64,000 nt of DNA from Thermoplasmata archaeon (GCA_020348445.1 CP070751.1:375772-439771), one strand, 5' to 3'. Positions 1-13,000 are shown, counted from the stretch's first letter. The notes: generated from the sequence alone by a model not told the origin. A program made the numbers and translations.

Positions 1-243
1 ACTGAAGACCAGATGGTCACCCTACACCGTGGCTGGAATCTTGTGGGTTATCCTTCTACAGGGAATATGAACAGAACAGAGGGACTGAACATTTTGACTT
101 TCCCAGATAATGTGAACGCGATCTGGACCTACGATGCATCCAGTCAGAGATGGGAGAGTATGGGCCCTGATGATGATTTTGAGGTGGGCAAGGGTTATTA
201 TGTCCATTCCAAGGATGATGTTATTTGGGAAGTGCCGCTATAA
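1..243 (+). CDS. 3' end of a secreted protein carrying the shared GWNL..P C-terminal module (5' truncated by window edge)
   Basis: Frame open from base 1 (TEDQMVTLHRGWNLVGYPS...KGYYVHSKDDVIWEVPL*); closely matches the C-termini of 3042-5138 and 25806-27404. Confidence 0.85.
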   Translation, partial: TEDQMVTLHRGWNLVGYPSTGNMNRTEGLNILTFPDNVNAIWTYDASSQRWESMGPDDDFEVGKGYYVHSKDDVIWEVPL

Positions 244-537
244 ATAATATATATAAAGTATTTTAAGTCAGTGCTAATATCTAACAACAATTATATAATT
301 CCAATGAAAATATTAAAAAAAAGTCAAAAAAAAAATATAATAATTATCTTATAATAAAAACCTAACAATAAATTTAAATATTTTGAAGACAATAAGCTTT
401 TGGAGATACAACTTAGGGTAAGCGATTATAGAGGGAGAAGAGAGTCACTTTAGGAATGAAACGGTTCATTGTTGTGAATCTTCCCTATTTTCGCATGCCT
501 TCGGGTTAGTTAAATCAAATAGATAGGAGGAAAAGAT

Positions 538-2985
538 ATGAGGAAATTGACCAAATTATTTGTGTGCGCGAACATTGTGATGATAACTGCTTTGGCTTTT
601 CTGGTGACAACATCTCCAAGGGCTAGTGCTGGAACTGTTGTGGGTGGCCCCATCGATAGTGACACAACTTGGGACATAGAAGGGAGCCCATATTGGATTG
701 TGGATGATGTAACTGTTGTCAATGGTGCGAACCTAACAATTGAAATCGGTGTGGATGTTTTATTCAATGGTTCTTTTGGCATATATGTAGAAGAGGGAGC
801 AATAATTTGGATTGTACAGGGCATATCTCAAAGAAATTATGCTCTATTTTCTTGGAATTCCGATTCGGGAGCACCATACCCGGGTCGATGGCATGGTATT
901 GAGTTCGAGGATTCGAGCTATGATTACTCTTCAATACGATACTCAGTGATTGAGTATGCTATCTATGGTGTGAAGTTGGAGAGAGCGTCCCCTTTGATCC
1001 GAAATTGCACAATCAGAAACTGCACTTATGGTATCTATTCCTATTACGGCTCCCCAACAATCGAGAACAACACTATTGAGAATTGCACGGAAGAAGGTAT
1101 ATTTATAAGAGGTAAGGATCCTTCTAGTGGGTTTGTAAATATCGAAAATAACATAGTTTATAATAACACAAATCGAGGTATTGTTCTATATCTTACTTCT
1201 AATGTCAGACTCAGAAATAATAGTATTTCTAATAGCAGTTATAATTTCGGTGTATGGGGTATTGCATTTCCGAACTTCAACCATGATATAGACGCAACAA
1301 ATACTGTGAATAAGAAACCCATATATTATTGGAGGAATCATGAGCATGACAATGAACCTATACCCTTCAACGCGGGTTATGTTGGCATCATAAATTCGAC
1401 GAATATCACAGCAGTAAATTTAACTCTAACTAATAATGGGCAGGGTGTTTTGGTTGTTCAATCGAATCATACAAATATAGATAATGTGACCGCATCATTT
1501 AATGAATTTGGTATGTATATGTTATTACCCTCTTACAGCACCGTAAATAACAGTAATGTTACATTTAATAAAAATACCGGCATAGATATTCAATCATCAT
1601 CAAACATCAATATAACTTATAATAATGTTACTTCGAATAATGAGGGCGGTATCTCTATCATTTCATCATCTAACTTAAATATAACTGATAATAATGTTTC
1701 TTTGAACATTGGTAGTGGTATTGGTATTGGGTCTTCATCAGATGTTCATTTAATAAACAACATTTTCACCTCGAACAACGGCAATGGCGTTTCAATTGGA
1801 TCATCATCTAATATTAAAATTCTGGATAACTCAATAATCTCAAACAACGTGGAGGGCATTAATCTCCAAGATTCAAATGATAACATAATAATTAACAATG
1901 ATGTGGAGTCAAATACATTTAATGGCATATACCTCTACCAATCAAGCAGGAACAACCTTTCATCTAACGAGATTATATTTAATTATGATGGAATACTTGT
2001 AAGGGACTCAGACTGGAATAATATAACAGGAAACAACATATCCTCAAACACCAAAGATGGCATCTTTTTTGATTACTTTTCTGATAGAAACAATATTACT
2101 AGTAATAATATTACTTCTAATGACAGATATGGTATATTTATCTGCTGGCTGTCAGATTGGAACAACATTGAAGATAATAATATCTCCTATAACTTTGATG
2201 ATGGTCTCTTAATATTAGACTCTGATTGGAACAATATTACGGGTAACGATATTTTATCAAACAACGGTCATGGTATATTTTTTTGTTATTCATCAAATAA
2301 CATGATTTTGAATTCCTATGTTTCTAACAATGATAACGGTATAAGGTTCCTTTCTTCTGACGATAGTACCGTGTCAAATTGCGAAATGTTGAGCAATAAC
2401 TATGGCATTTATGTTAAGTCTTCATCTAACATCGAAATAACCAAGACAAATATCTCGAATAATAACAATGGTATTCGTTTGGAATCCACGTCAAATATTA
2501 ACACCTCGTTGTGTAATATATCATTGAACAATTATTATGGTGTCAGAGCAGAAGCTGCCGATTGTGTCCTTTACAACGATATAATTGGGTGGAATGGACA
2601 TATTGGTGTTAAATGCGCTGGAAATAGTGATCTAACTATTAAAGACAACATTGTAGTATATAATGAAATTGCAGGCATTAATTGCTCAGGAAGTGCCCCA
2701 ACCATTACCTACAACGATATAGAAAACAATACATGGTATGGTATAGGAAGCAAAGACGGGAGCAACCCGACCATTAACTACAATAATATTTGCAATAATG
2801 GAGGAGGGTCCTCTGGGCCCGGGTATGGAGTTATCAATACTTATTCCTCAATAACGATAGATGCGGAGAATAATTGGTGGAACGCTGCTAGTGGACCATA
2901 CCATCCGGTTGATAATCCCGGTGGTACAGGCGATAAAGTTTCAAGTTATGTAGATTTTGATCCATATTCAAATGCGAGATTTTAA
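538..2985 (+). CDS. Secreted right-handed parallel beta-helix (NosD/CASH-type) repeat protein
   Basis: GGAGG RBS upstream; N-terminal signal peptide; many NNxIxxNxxxGIxL repeats; ends in IDAENNWW..SGP..VDFDP cap motif; many N-x-S/T sequons. Confidence 0.85.
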   Translation: MRKLTKLFVCANIVMITALAFLVTTSPRASAGTVVGGPIDSDTTWDIEGSPYWIVDDVTVVNGANLTIEIGVDVLFNGSFGIYVEEGAIIWIVQGISQRNYALFSWNSDSGAPYPGRWHGIEFEDSSYDYSSIRYSVIEYAIYGVKLERASPLIRNCTIRNCTYGIYSYYGSPTIENNTIENCTEEGIFIRGKDPSSGFVNIENNIVYNNTNRGIVLYLTSNVRLRNNSISNSSYNFGVWGIAFPNFNHDIDATNTVNKKPIYYWRNHEHDNEPIPFNAGYVGIINSTNITAVNLTLTNNGQGVLVVQSNHTNIDNVTASFNEFGMYMLLPSYSTVNNSNVTFNKNTGIDIQSSSNINITYNNVTSNNEGGISIISSSNLNITDNNVSLNIGSGIGIGSSSDVHLINNIFTSNNGNGVSIGSSSNIKILDNSIISNNVEGINLQDSNDNIIINNDVESNTFNGIYLYQSSRNNLSSNEIIFNYDGILVRDSDWNNITGNNISSNTKDGIFFDYFSDRNNITSNNITSNDRYGIFICWLSDWNNIEDNNISYNFDDGLLILDSDWNNITGNDILSNNGHGIFFCYSSNNMILNSYVSNNDNGIRFLSSDDSTVSNCEMLSNNYGIYVKSSSNIEITKTNISNNNNGIRLESTSNINTSLCNISLNNYYGVRAEAADCVLYNDIIGWNGHIGVKCAGNSDLTIKDNIVVYNEIAGINCSGSAPTITYNDIENNTWYGIGSKDGSNPTINYNNICNNGGGSSGPGYGVINTYSSITIDAENNWWNAASGPYHPVDNPGGTGDKVSSYVDFDPYSNARF

Positions 2986-3041
2986 TGGAGTTTCAATAAA
3001 TTATAATACGAACTTATATACTTAAAAGGAAATATATATGC

Positions 3042-5138
3042 GTGATGTTAGAAATGAGGAAGTTACTTTCAATCATGGTGATAGTTGTATTTGTAGTCAT
3101 GATTACCAATTCAAATAACAATACTTTGAGCATTAGAGCTGAGACCTTTACTTCAAATATAATTATCGAAAATAATCTATCAGTTCAAGTCCAACCCTCG
3201 ATCACTGTTGATGAGTTTGATAATGTCTACGTTGTCTGGCGTGACTATAGAAATGATCCAAGTCTTCCATCCAATGGTCGCGGTGATATATATTTTGCTA
3301 GATCTATTGATGACGGTTTATCTTTTAACATTTCTCAGAAAGTTAGTGATGACCCAGGAGATGCACAACAAAATATACCTTCTGTTGCAATAGATTCCAA
3401 TGGGGTAATCCACGTTGTATGGGAAGATTGGCGGAACGATGCCGATGGGAGATGGGTGGGTAGCGATGGTGGAATTGATGGTTTGAACAACAGTGATATT
3501 TATTATGCGAATTCATCTGATGGTGGCATAACATGGAGTACAAGTAAAATGATAAACGATGACGGTGGCACAACAGATCAAGGTAGCCCTGATATTACAA
3601 TTGATAACAATGATATGATTCATATAGTATGGGAAGATAGGAGAAGGGTTGACAATTTCGATATCTATTATGCAAATACTACGGATGGAGGAAGAACCTT
3701 TAATGTAAATAAAAAAATCAATGATGTAGATAGTGCTTCGAGAGATCCTGCTATTGATGTTGATCATATGAATAATTTACATATAGTTTGGACAGACTAT
3801 AGAAACACAGGGGTTACAGGTCCAGATATTTATTATGCGAATTCAACAGACAGTGGAATAACTTTTAGTACAAACATTAGGGTAAGTGATGATATAACTA
3901 ACACATATCAATTCTGGCCAGATATAGCGGTTGGTGGTGGCATTATTGGGATTGTGTGGGAAGATCAAAGAGAAACCAGTGTGTATTATGCGAATTCAAC
4001 TGATGATGGAATTACTTTCAGTTCGAATAAAAGGGTCAATGATGTTATTGGTGCATCCAACTGGGATGCGGCAATTGCCATAAATAAAGATGGATATATT
4101 TGCGTAGCTTGGGAAGGTAAGGATAATGATATTTATTTTGCAAATTCTACAGATGGGGGTGCAACATTCAGCCCAGCTCAGAGGGTAAATGATGATATTG
4201 GTTCTAATTTTCAACGTTTAGCTTCAATAGCTCTAAAAAAAAGAACATCTTATATCGTATGGCAGGATAACAGAAACGGTAACTATGATATCTATTTTTC
4301 CCGCTCAAATTATCCTCCATCTATAACTACACCAATTTCTCTACCTAATAATTCCATTATAACGAATGATACGATGACACTGGTGGTCACCTCAGTCACC
4401 GATCTAGACAACGATACAGTCTATTACAATTTCACAATTTCAGATCAACCTGATGCCGAAAGCGGCACTATTTACTATAGTGGTTGGATAAAATCAACGT
4501 CTTGGAAACCTCCCCCACTGCCCGACGGTAAATGGTATTGGCACACATATACATCAGATATGTGGAATACAACTGCTCCGAATTGGGTCTGGAATTTTAC
4601 AATCAATACCACTCTAAGTTATAGCATCCAGCTTTATGAGGGTTGGAACCTGATCTCGATTCCCATTATTCAGATTGATACAAAATTGGAAAGTGTACTT
4701 GATTCTATAAACGGTTCCTACGATGCCATCCAATGGTATAACGCTGGAGATAACTCCGATAATTGGAAACACCACCAAATATCAAAACCATCTGAATTGA
4801 ATGATTTAGGGATTATCGACCATATAATGGGCTTTTGGGTACATGTAACTCAACCTGGCGGAGTTTTATTACGATGTTCTGGGATAATACCGAATGAAAA
4901 TCAGAGTATAACCTTAAAAACAGGTTGGAATCTTGTAGGATACCCCTCATTGAGCAATAAAAGTAGAACCTTGGCCTTAAACAATCTTACCTTTGACACC
5001 GATATAGATGCGATCTGGACATACAATGCCTCTAACCAAAAATGGGAAAAGATAGGTGAGTTCGATTACTTTGAAAAGGGGAGAGGTTATTATATTCATT
5101 CCAAGGACGATGTAATTTGGGAAGTGCCGTTTCAATAA
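3042..5138 (+). CDS. Secreted BNR/Asp-box (exo-sialidase-like) beta-propeller protein with shared GWNL..P C-terminal module
   Basis: Signal peptide; about six repeats of DIYYANSxDGGxTFSxxxxVNDD with VxVWEDxR; Ig-like spacer; C-terminal module from ~4618. Confidence 0.8.
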   Translation: MMLEMRKLLSIMVIVVFVVMITNSNNNTLSIRAETFTSNIIIENNLSVQVQPSITVDEFDNVYVVWRDYRNDPSLPSNGRGDIYFARSIDDGLSFNISQKVSDDPGDAQQNIPSVAIDSNGVIHVVWEDWRNDADGRWVGSDGGIDGLNNSDIYYANSSDGGITWSTSKMINDDGGTTDQGSPDITIDNNDMIHIVWEDRRRVDNFDIYYANTTDGGRTFNVNKKINDVDSASRDPAIDVDHMNNLHIVWTDYRNTGVTGPDIYYANSTDSGITFSTNIRVSDDITNTYQFWPDIAVGGGIIGIVWEDQRETSVYYANSTDDGITFSSNKRVNDVIGASNWDAAIAINKDGYICVAWEGKDNDIYFANSTDGGATFSPAQRVNDDIGSNFQRLASIALKKRTSYIVWQDNRNGNYDIYFSRSNYPPSITTPISLPNNSIITNDTMTLVVTSVTDLDNDTVYYNFTISDQPDAESGTIYYSGWIKSTSWKPPPLPDGKWYWHTYTSDMWNTTAPNWVWNFTINTTLSYSIQLYEGWNLISIPIIQIDTKLESVLDSINGSYDAIQWYNAGDNSDNWKHHQISKPSELNDLGIIDHIMGFWVHVTQPGGVLLRCSGIIPNENQSITLKTGWNLVGYPSLSNKSRTLALNNLTFDTDIDAIWTYNASNQKWEKIGEFDYFEKGRGYYIHSKDDVIWEVPFQ

Positions 5139-5230
5139 AGAACCATAGTAGATGCTATATACTATGAACGACTTTTTCTGCATGTCAAATCCCAATAACA
5201 ATATAAAGATGATTTCCAGGTGAACAATAA

Positions 5231-6055
5231 ATGAAAGCCATCATAATCTGCAAGCCAGACATCGCGTCCTGCAACATATTCGAGAATCTAAAATCATTAA
5301 GAAATTGGAAGGAGGAAGGTGAATTTCAGGGCAATCCCCTCCTTTTTTACGACGATTTTCTCATGGCCACCATAAATGATGAGCATATTTTCCATGACAA
5401 TGTCGATATCGAGCTTGGGAAGGTACTAAAACAAAAACCAGAGTGCATTATCTACGCATCCAGACATAGAAGCGAATCAGGGAAAAGGAGCCTTACTGTC
5501 CACCCCATTGGCAACTTCGGAAAGGCTGAATTCGGTGGAAAGGAGAAGACATTAATTCCCTCCTCCCCCCATCTGATGACCGAGGCATTGCGGATACTTA
5601 GAAAAAAAGCCAAGGACCTGGACTTCTCAGTATCTTTCGAAGCCACTCATCACGGACCTTTTCTTTCAACTCCAACATTCTTTATTGAAATCGGAAGTGA
5701 CGAGGAGACATGGCGCTATAAAGGAGCGGGAAGGGCCATTGCAGAGACTATTTTAGAGACCCAAACCAGGGAATATGAGGTTGGCATCGGAATAGGGGGA
5801 GGCCACTATTCCCCGCGAATGACAGATGTCGCAATAGAAAGGAAAATATCCTTTGGTCATATCGTACCCACCTATGCCCTCTCGAATCTGACCCCAGATA
5901 TGGCCAGGCAAGTGATATCTCAAACGCAAGATGTCAAGAAGGTGCACTTCCACAAAAAACATTTAAAAGGTGAGGAATACAGGAAGTGGAAGGAGTTCTT
6001 TTTGAAAATCGGAATCACTCCCGTTAAAAGTGCGGATTTGGAATTGCTAAAGTAA
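5231..6055 (+). CDS. dtdA: D-aminoacyl-tRNA deacylase (archaeal DTD2/GEK1 type)
   Basis: Motifs SRHRSESG..SLTVHPIGN, EATHHGP, FIEIGS, GIGGGHY, GHIVPTY. Confidence 0.93.
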   Translation: MKAIIICKPDIASCNIFENLKSLRNWKEEGEFQGNPLLFYDDFLMATINDEHIFHDNVDIELGKVLKQKPECIIYASRHRSESGKRSLTVHPIGNFGKAEFGGKEKTLIPSSPHLMTEALRILRKKAKDLDFSVSFEATHHGPFLSTPTFFIEIGSDEETWRYKGAGRAIAETILETQTREYEVGIGIGGGHYSPRMTDVAIERKISFGHIVPTYALSNLTPDMARQVISQTQDVKKVHFHKKHLKGEEYRKWKEFFLKIGITPVKSADLELLK

Positions 6056-6120
6056 TTATTGTTCATCCATCTGCTTGCGAAGATAATATATATCTTAACT
6101 CTTTTTGGAGAACGAGAAAA

Positions 6121-6984
6121 ATGGAAGAAGAAAGTGAACAGCAACCCAAAATTAGATCAGATGAGCCACCGCCTCCCAGAAACGGTTTCACACATCCGAT
6201 ATATCCCAAACAAACACCGGAATCCTCAACCCCTTCGCAACCTCTTTATTCCTGGGAGTTGTTACCATGGGAGGCAAGGGAGCATTTAAGGTCCAAAAAG
6301 GGGAGGAACCCAGTTTTTGTTATCATAGGAGTTTTTCTTATTATCATCTTCGCCTTGGAAATCCCCATAGCAGGATTGTTTTTTTATTACGGCTCAACAG
6401 ATGGTTTGGACTTTGGAGGGAATATTACACTTTCTGGAAATGTTCAGGGAGAAGACGGAACCAATCTATCAGGTGCGACAATATCCATCATCGGTACAAA
6501 TCTTACCACGACTTCCGATGAAAAGGGTAAATACACCTTAGAAAACGCCCCAAGAGGTATTTGGAGTGTAAGGGTCTTTCACGTTGGTTACAAGGAGGAA
6601 ACACGCAGGATACTCATACAACAAGGTTTTATAGATTCATTGGATTTCAAACTCGAAGAAGGTGTGGGAAACCGGAAACAAAACGACCTCTGGTATTTCT
6701 TCAGCCTGGCCATACTCATGCTGCTTTTCTCACCTTTCGTTGTGGCTGGTTCATATTACGCTTTTAAAAGAAGGCGTTTTGCTGTTGTCCTGGTGGGGGC
6801 AATTTTGGGTATTCTCACAATGACCCCCTCATTTGTTTTCGAGTTCTCGCTACTCGTTTTCATTCTGGGCTCTTTGGGTTTTATCTTAAGTATATCTGCT
6901 TTGATGATGATCGTTATGAATAGGAGGGCGTTTTTAGAAAGGGAGTATAAAATTATATCTGAAGAAGAGGACAAATCCATCTAA
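6121..6984 (+). CDS. Membrane protein with a carboxypeptidase-regulatory-like domain
   Basis: Pro-rich N-terminus, TM helix, LSGNVQGEDGTNLSGATISI...GKYTLENAPRG domain, then about three C-terminal TM helices. Confidence 0.75.
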   Translation: MEEESEQQPKIRSDEPPPPRNGFTHPIYPKQTPESSTPSQPLYSWELLPWEAREHLRSKKGRNPVFVIIGVFLIIIFALEIPIAGLFFYYGSTDGLDFGGNITLSGNVQGEDGTNLSGATISIIGTNLTTTSDEKGKYTLENAPRGIWSVRVFHVGYKEETRRILIQQGFIDSLDFKLEEGVGNRKQNDLWYFFSLAILMLLFSPFVVAGSYYAFKRRRFAVVLVGAILGILTMTPSFVFEFSLLVFILGSLGFILSISALMMIVMNRRAFLEREYKIISEEEDKSI

Positions 6985-7023
6985 TCCGAATGATTCCCCA
7001 AAAGAATGGAGAAACAGGTTTTT

Positions 7024-10000
7024 TTAATCAATGGTGCCTGAAGTTCCGCAATGCGGGCACTCAATCATCCGGGGTCCCGCCATTACCTCGACCATAAATG
7101 ATCTGCCGCAGGAGGGGCATTCTATCTCTTCTTGATCCACCTTGGGTTTTCCTTCATGTCTATCCGATACTTCCTCTTGCTCCTTTGTCTTGATCACTAT
7201 CGTTCCTACCTCAGGTGATGCCTCGCGTTCCTTTCTTTGTGCAGGCGCCCTTTGTGTCACTTTTTGAAATCCCAAATATGCTTCCTCATCACCCAGGACA
7301 GCAGGGGGTTTTCTTTGGGTGATAAACATGAAGATTATCCCGAAAACGATCAGGGCGGTTATTAAAATCCACCACCACCAAAATGGTTCCAAAGACCTTG
7401 ATTTATCAAGAGGATAGTAATCTTTACTGTCGGCGACACCATCGCCATCATCATCCCAATCTGCATTGTTGCCGATTCCATCAGAATCTGTATCCTCCCA
7501 CTCGTTGGGATCGTCAGGGAATTTGTCCTTATTATTTGAATTTAATACACCGTCACCGTCTCTGTCATCGTCTTGGTTGTCCCCCAGCCCATCAGAGTCG
7601 GAATCCCGCCATTCTGAGTTATCAAACGGAAATACATCACGTGAATCAGTTGTTCCGTCGTTGTCGTCATCTGAATCAGTATTGTCGCCGAAGCCATCTG
7701 AATCAGTGTCCCTCCATTCGAGGGCATCATTTGGGAATCTATCATATGTGTTTGCCACCCCATCCCCGTCCTTATCGTAATCTGTTTTATCTCCTATGCC
7801 ATCACCATCCAGATCAGAGGTTTCGCTTGCGTTGTACGGGAATGCATCGTTTGTGTTGAATACACCGTCCCCATCCGCATCCATATCCGAGTTGTCGCCA
7901 ATGCCATCGGAATCGGAATCAGAATATTCATCTGGATTCAGTGGGAATGCATCAGAAAAGTCCATTATGCCGTCACCATCATCATCCAGATCATCATTGT
8001 TACCCTGGCCGTCGGAATCAGAATCCATCCATTCATCATCATCCAATGGAAATTCATCATTTATGTCATATACTCCGTCACCATCGTCATCTAAATCCGC
8101 GTTATTACCAAGACCGTCGGAATCGGTATCCACCCATTCATTTGGATTGGCGGGAAAATCATCCTGTAAATCAGAGACTGCATCGTTGTCATCATCCAAA
8201 TCCATGTTGTCACCTATGCCGTCGCCATCATTGTCTTCCCATTCAGTGTTATCGTAAGGGAATGGATCATCTGGATTGTCCACACCATCGTTGTCTATGT
8301 CGGGATCTGCAAGATCGCCTATTCCATCGGAGTCAAAATCTGTGTTGTCCACGATAACTACAATGGAACCTTGTGCCACATGGCCTGCCAGATCAATTGC
8401 CCTGAACGTTAGTGTATGGCTTCCGTCAGTTTGGAATGTGGTGTCCCAAACAGTGTTATTATCAACCCAGCCCAGGCCATCCACACTGTACTCCACAGAA
8501 TCAATGAATAAATCAAAACCCCTGATGTCCATAACAACATTTCCTTTGACGTAATCCCCACTATGAGGCGAGATTATCGTCAATTGCGGCTGCGTGTTGT
8601 CGATGTTAAATGAAAAAGGTACAGTGGTCTGGGTATGGCTGGGTATTATGTCTTCGCAAGTTGCATATAGGTCATACGTACCGTCTGCGAAAGTAGTTGT
8701 ACCCATTAAAACTTCCCACAAGCCACTTACGCTGTTGTAACCTGTTGCATAATCGTTGCCAGATATCGTTATATACACGTTCGAGACTCCGATACCATCT
8801 GAAGCCGAAATCCCGAAAGTGTAGGTGCCCTGGAGGTACTCGTTGGCCACAGGTGATACGATAGATACAACAGGATAGTCGTTGTCCACTGTTATTGTAA
8901 CACTTTCTGTGACCACATGTCCTATATCGTCGTAAGCTCTGAATGTTATTGTGTAAACACCATATGATCGCGTTGTCGAATCCCATGTTCCAGTCCAACC
9001 CAAGATCTCAGAGCCTGAAAGCGCAGACCAGGCTCCGCTGTCTATTCGGAACTGAACCGTGGGAACAAAGATCCCGGAATCTGTGGAGTTCGCCTCCAAA
9101 GCCACGCTGGGCCCGTATAAAATCTGACTGTTTATTGGCGAGATGACAGACAGTGTGGGGGCGTTGTTGTCTATATAGAAATTGAACGAAATCGTAGTCT
9201 GGGTGTGAATTGGAATACCATCTTTTACTGTTGCGCTTAGGCCGTAAGTTCCATCCGTAATTGCCGTGGTATCTATTGTCACCTCCCATAAAAGGCTTGC
9301 GCTGTTGTACCCCATGACATAGTTGTCGGTATGTATCTGGATGTGCACCTCGGAAACATCCACATCATCAGAAGCCGATACCTTGAAGGTGTACGTACCC
9401 TGGACATATTCATTGGCCACTGGGGACACAACAGAGGCAGCAGGATCGTCGTTGTCCACTGTTACTGTGAGGCTGTCTGTGACCACATGACCGATTTCAT
9501 CGTAGGCTCTGACGGTTATTGTGTGGACACCGTTGGAGTACGCAGTGGAATCCCAGGAAGCAGGAAGTGTAATCCAATTACCACTGTCTATTCTGAACTG
9601 AACAATTAAAACAAAGTCTCCTTCATCTGTGGAATCCACATCCACAACCACATTCTCTCCGTACACAGTTTCCCCTTGCTGCGGTGAATTTATTGAAAGT
9701 GTTGGCTCGTTGTTGTCTATATAGAAATTGACAGAATCAGTAGTCTGAGTGTGACTCGAAATTCCATCCTTTGCAGTTGCAGTGATACTATATACACCAT
9801 CGAAAATCGTGGCGGTGTCCAATTCCATTTCCCACAAACCAGAAACACTGTTGTAACTTGTATTATAATCGTCGCCGTTTATGGTGATAGTGACATTTGT
9901 TATACCCACTTTATCAGAAGCCAGAATTTTGAAGGTGTAAACACCCTGAACAAATTCATTTTTAACAGGCGCAGAAATAGAAACAGTGGGATTATCATTG

Positions 10001-13000
10001 TCCACAGTCACAGTTATACTGTCAGAAACCAAATGCCCGATTTCATCATAGACCCTGAAGGTTATGGTGTGAACACTGTCTGAATGCATGGTTGAGTCCC
10101 ATGTTCCTGTCCATCCTTCGATCTCGGAGCCTGTTAGCGTGATCCATGCCCCACTGTCGATTTTGTATTGAACAACTAGAACAAAGGGCCCTTCGTCAAA
10201 TGAATCAGCATCAATTGAAACTGTGGAGCCGGTCACTGTTACACCGGCAAGAGGTGAATTGATAGATAATACAGGTTCTGTATTGTCCACGTTGAAATCC
10301 AAGGTTGATGTCACCTGGGTGTGACTTGGAATGCCGTCTTGGGCTGTGGCTGTAATTGAGTAATACCCATCTCCTAAAACTGTTGTGTCTATTTCCACCT
10401 CCCACAGACCAGTTACACTGTTGTAACCTGCTGTATAATCGGTACTGTTTATTGTGATATAGACATTTGTTACCCCCACATCATCTGATGCCAGGATCTT
10501 GAAGGTGTAAACACCCTGGACATATTCATTTGCTAGAGGCGCAGAAATAGAAACAGTGGGATTATCATTGTCCACAGTCACGGTTATACTATCCGTGACC
10601 AAATGTCCGATTTCATCATAGGCCCTGAAGGTTATGGTGTGAATCCCATTTGAATAAGCTGTTGAATCCCAGGATCCTGTCCATCCTATGATCTCAGAGC
10701 CTGTTAATGTGATCCATGCCTCGCTGTCGATTTTGTATTGAACAACGGGAACAAAAGGCCCTTCATCATATGAACTTGCATCTATTGAAACTGTGGAGCC
10801 GGTTACTGTTTCACCCGCAAGCGGTGAATTAATAGACAAAACAGGTTCTGTATTGTCCACGTTGAATTCTAAGGCCGATGTTGTCTGGGTGTGGATTGGA
10901 ATACCGTCTTCGGCTGTGGCTGAAATTGAGTAATACCCGTCTCCCATTGCTGTTGTGTCTATTTCCACCTCCCACAGACCACTTGCGCTGTTGTAACCTG
11001 TGGAATAATCATTTCCATTTACTGTGATATAAACATTTGTTATGCCCACATCATCGGAAGCTGATACCTTGAATGTGTAAGAACCGTAAATCCACTCGTT
11101 CCCAATGGGTGCCACTATTGTTACTCTGGGATCATCATTGTCCACAGTTATTGTAACTGTGTCAGAGACCATGTGAACCATGTCATCGTATGATCTTACG
11201 GTTATGCTATGTATCCCGTTAGAGACAGTTGTGGAATCCCACACATCAGACCAATCTAAAAGTTCGGAGCCAGATAAGGTCACCCATGCTCCTGAATCGA
11301 TTCTGTACTGGACAGTGGGAGAAAAGATACCCGGATCAACAGATTCGACGTCTATAAAAATGGTTGTTCCATAAACTGTTACGCCGTTTTCCGGGGAATA
11401 TATCGAAAGTGTAGGTGGTGTGTTATCCACGTAAAATCCTGTGGCTAGAGAGTCCTGTGCACTATTTTTCGCGTAATCCCAAGCCTCGGCACTTAAGGTG
11501 TGAAGACCATCTGATAATGTGGTGGTGTCGATTGCATATTCATAATAACCGCTTGACGGATTGAGAGCTGTTTTATACACTATACCATCCAGAGTGATAT
11601 TCACATACTCAAGTGCATAGTTATCTGTGGCATGAATCTGTATAGTATATGAACCTTCAATGTATTCTAAATCAGTGGGTGAGATTATAGAAATCGAAGG
11701 TGGTATCACATCATTAGATATGTAGACGTCACAGAAGTCGGTGTCTGTATTACCCATATCATCAGTAACTTTTGTTAGAACCCTTGTCATGCCCTCGGGA
11801 TGCAACGTGGTGTCCCAGGAGTAGGTGTATGTATTTCCACCTGCAAATGTCATTGTGTGATAAGTTGCCCCGTAATCAAAGGAAACCTCCACCAAATCCA
11901 CCAAAAAGTCATCCTGTGCAGTTGCTTGGATGATCAGTGTACCTCCAACTGTCTGCCCTTCCTTTGGATAATCCAAGGTTATGGTTGGCGCTATGTTGTC
12001 CGGTACAAGAAGAACATCTACTGAATAAGTATCTGATAGGATCAGAAGGTCCTGCCATGAGCCTGTGGTCCTTCCGTCGTCAGTGTAGTATCCCTGTAAA
12101 CTAAAGACCAGATCATAGGCTGAATTGGACTTCATAGCGATCTGATAGGAGCCATCGGCCTTAGTTTCCGTGCTGACAACGAGATTTCCAAGGGTGTCAT
12201 AGACCTGGACGACCACGTCCTCAAGGGAGTCGCCTGTTATGGAGTCGTTCACATATCCAAATACGAAGTTTCCTGTTTGGGTGAGATATTGATCCCAACT
12301 CTCTATGGTATCTCCGCCTGCGATGTTGATACCAGTATTTGAGTTCGTATCATTTAAAATAGCGTATCCCCAATATGTTGTTGAACTTCCCACTGAAATC
12401 CAATAATCGCCATCGATGGGTGCATCAAGTGCATATTCACCGTCTGGGCTAGTTATGCAATAATCCAGGGGATGGTTGGTTTGCGCAAACATAAAGTATT
12501 TACCTTGTGAATTGATGAAATCGATTACGAAGGTGTGAGGATCAAAGGGTAAAGATGCTGCAATGGAAAATGAAGAGCCCACGTTTAACATGGACTCATC
12601 AGAGAGATCATAATCCTCGTCACAATCAATAAACACTGTTTCGTAGTAACCAGATAGCAGATTGTCCACCACTAATGCATAATAGATGTCGAGCATGTCC
12701 CCATCCTGATTGAGGTTGATTGAAAGAGACGATTCTGAGATAGTGCCATAGTGTATCGCATTGGTCAATGAAATATCGTTTTTCGAGCTTAAAATTATAT
12801 CCAAGAAGGCGGTGATTTTAATGAATGTGCCCGAATCCTCAATATTTATGATTTGGTACATGGTGCCATTAAGATTGACTGTCCCGCTTGTCTCTGTTAA
12901 TCCGAGCACATCCCAGACACCATCGCTTGGATAATCGGTATCGAAATCAGCACAATCAAATATGGAGTCGCCGTCGATATCGCTTAGGAGTACATAGTAG

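Noticed and set aside
7383-8554. Several + strand Ser-rich or His/Arg-rich ORFs (7383-7859, 7466-7780, 7796-8257, 7941-8357, 8276-8554)
   Set aside because: Antisense shadows of the Asp/Gly-rich TSP3 repeats of the giant gene
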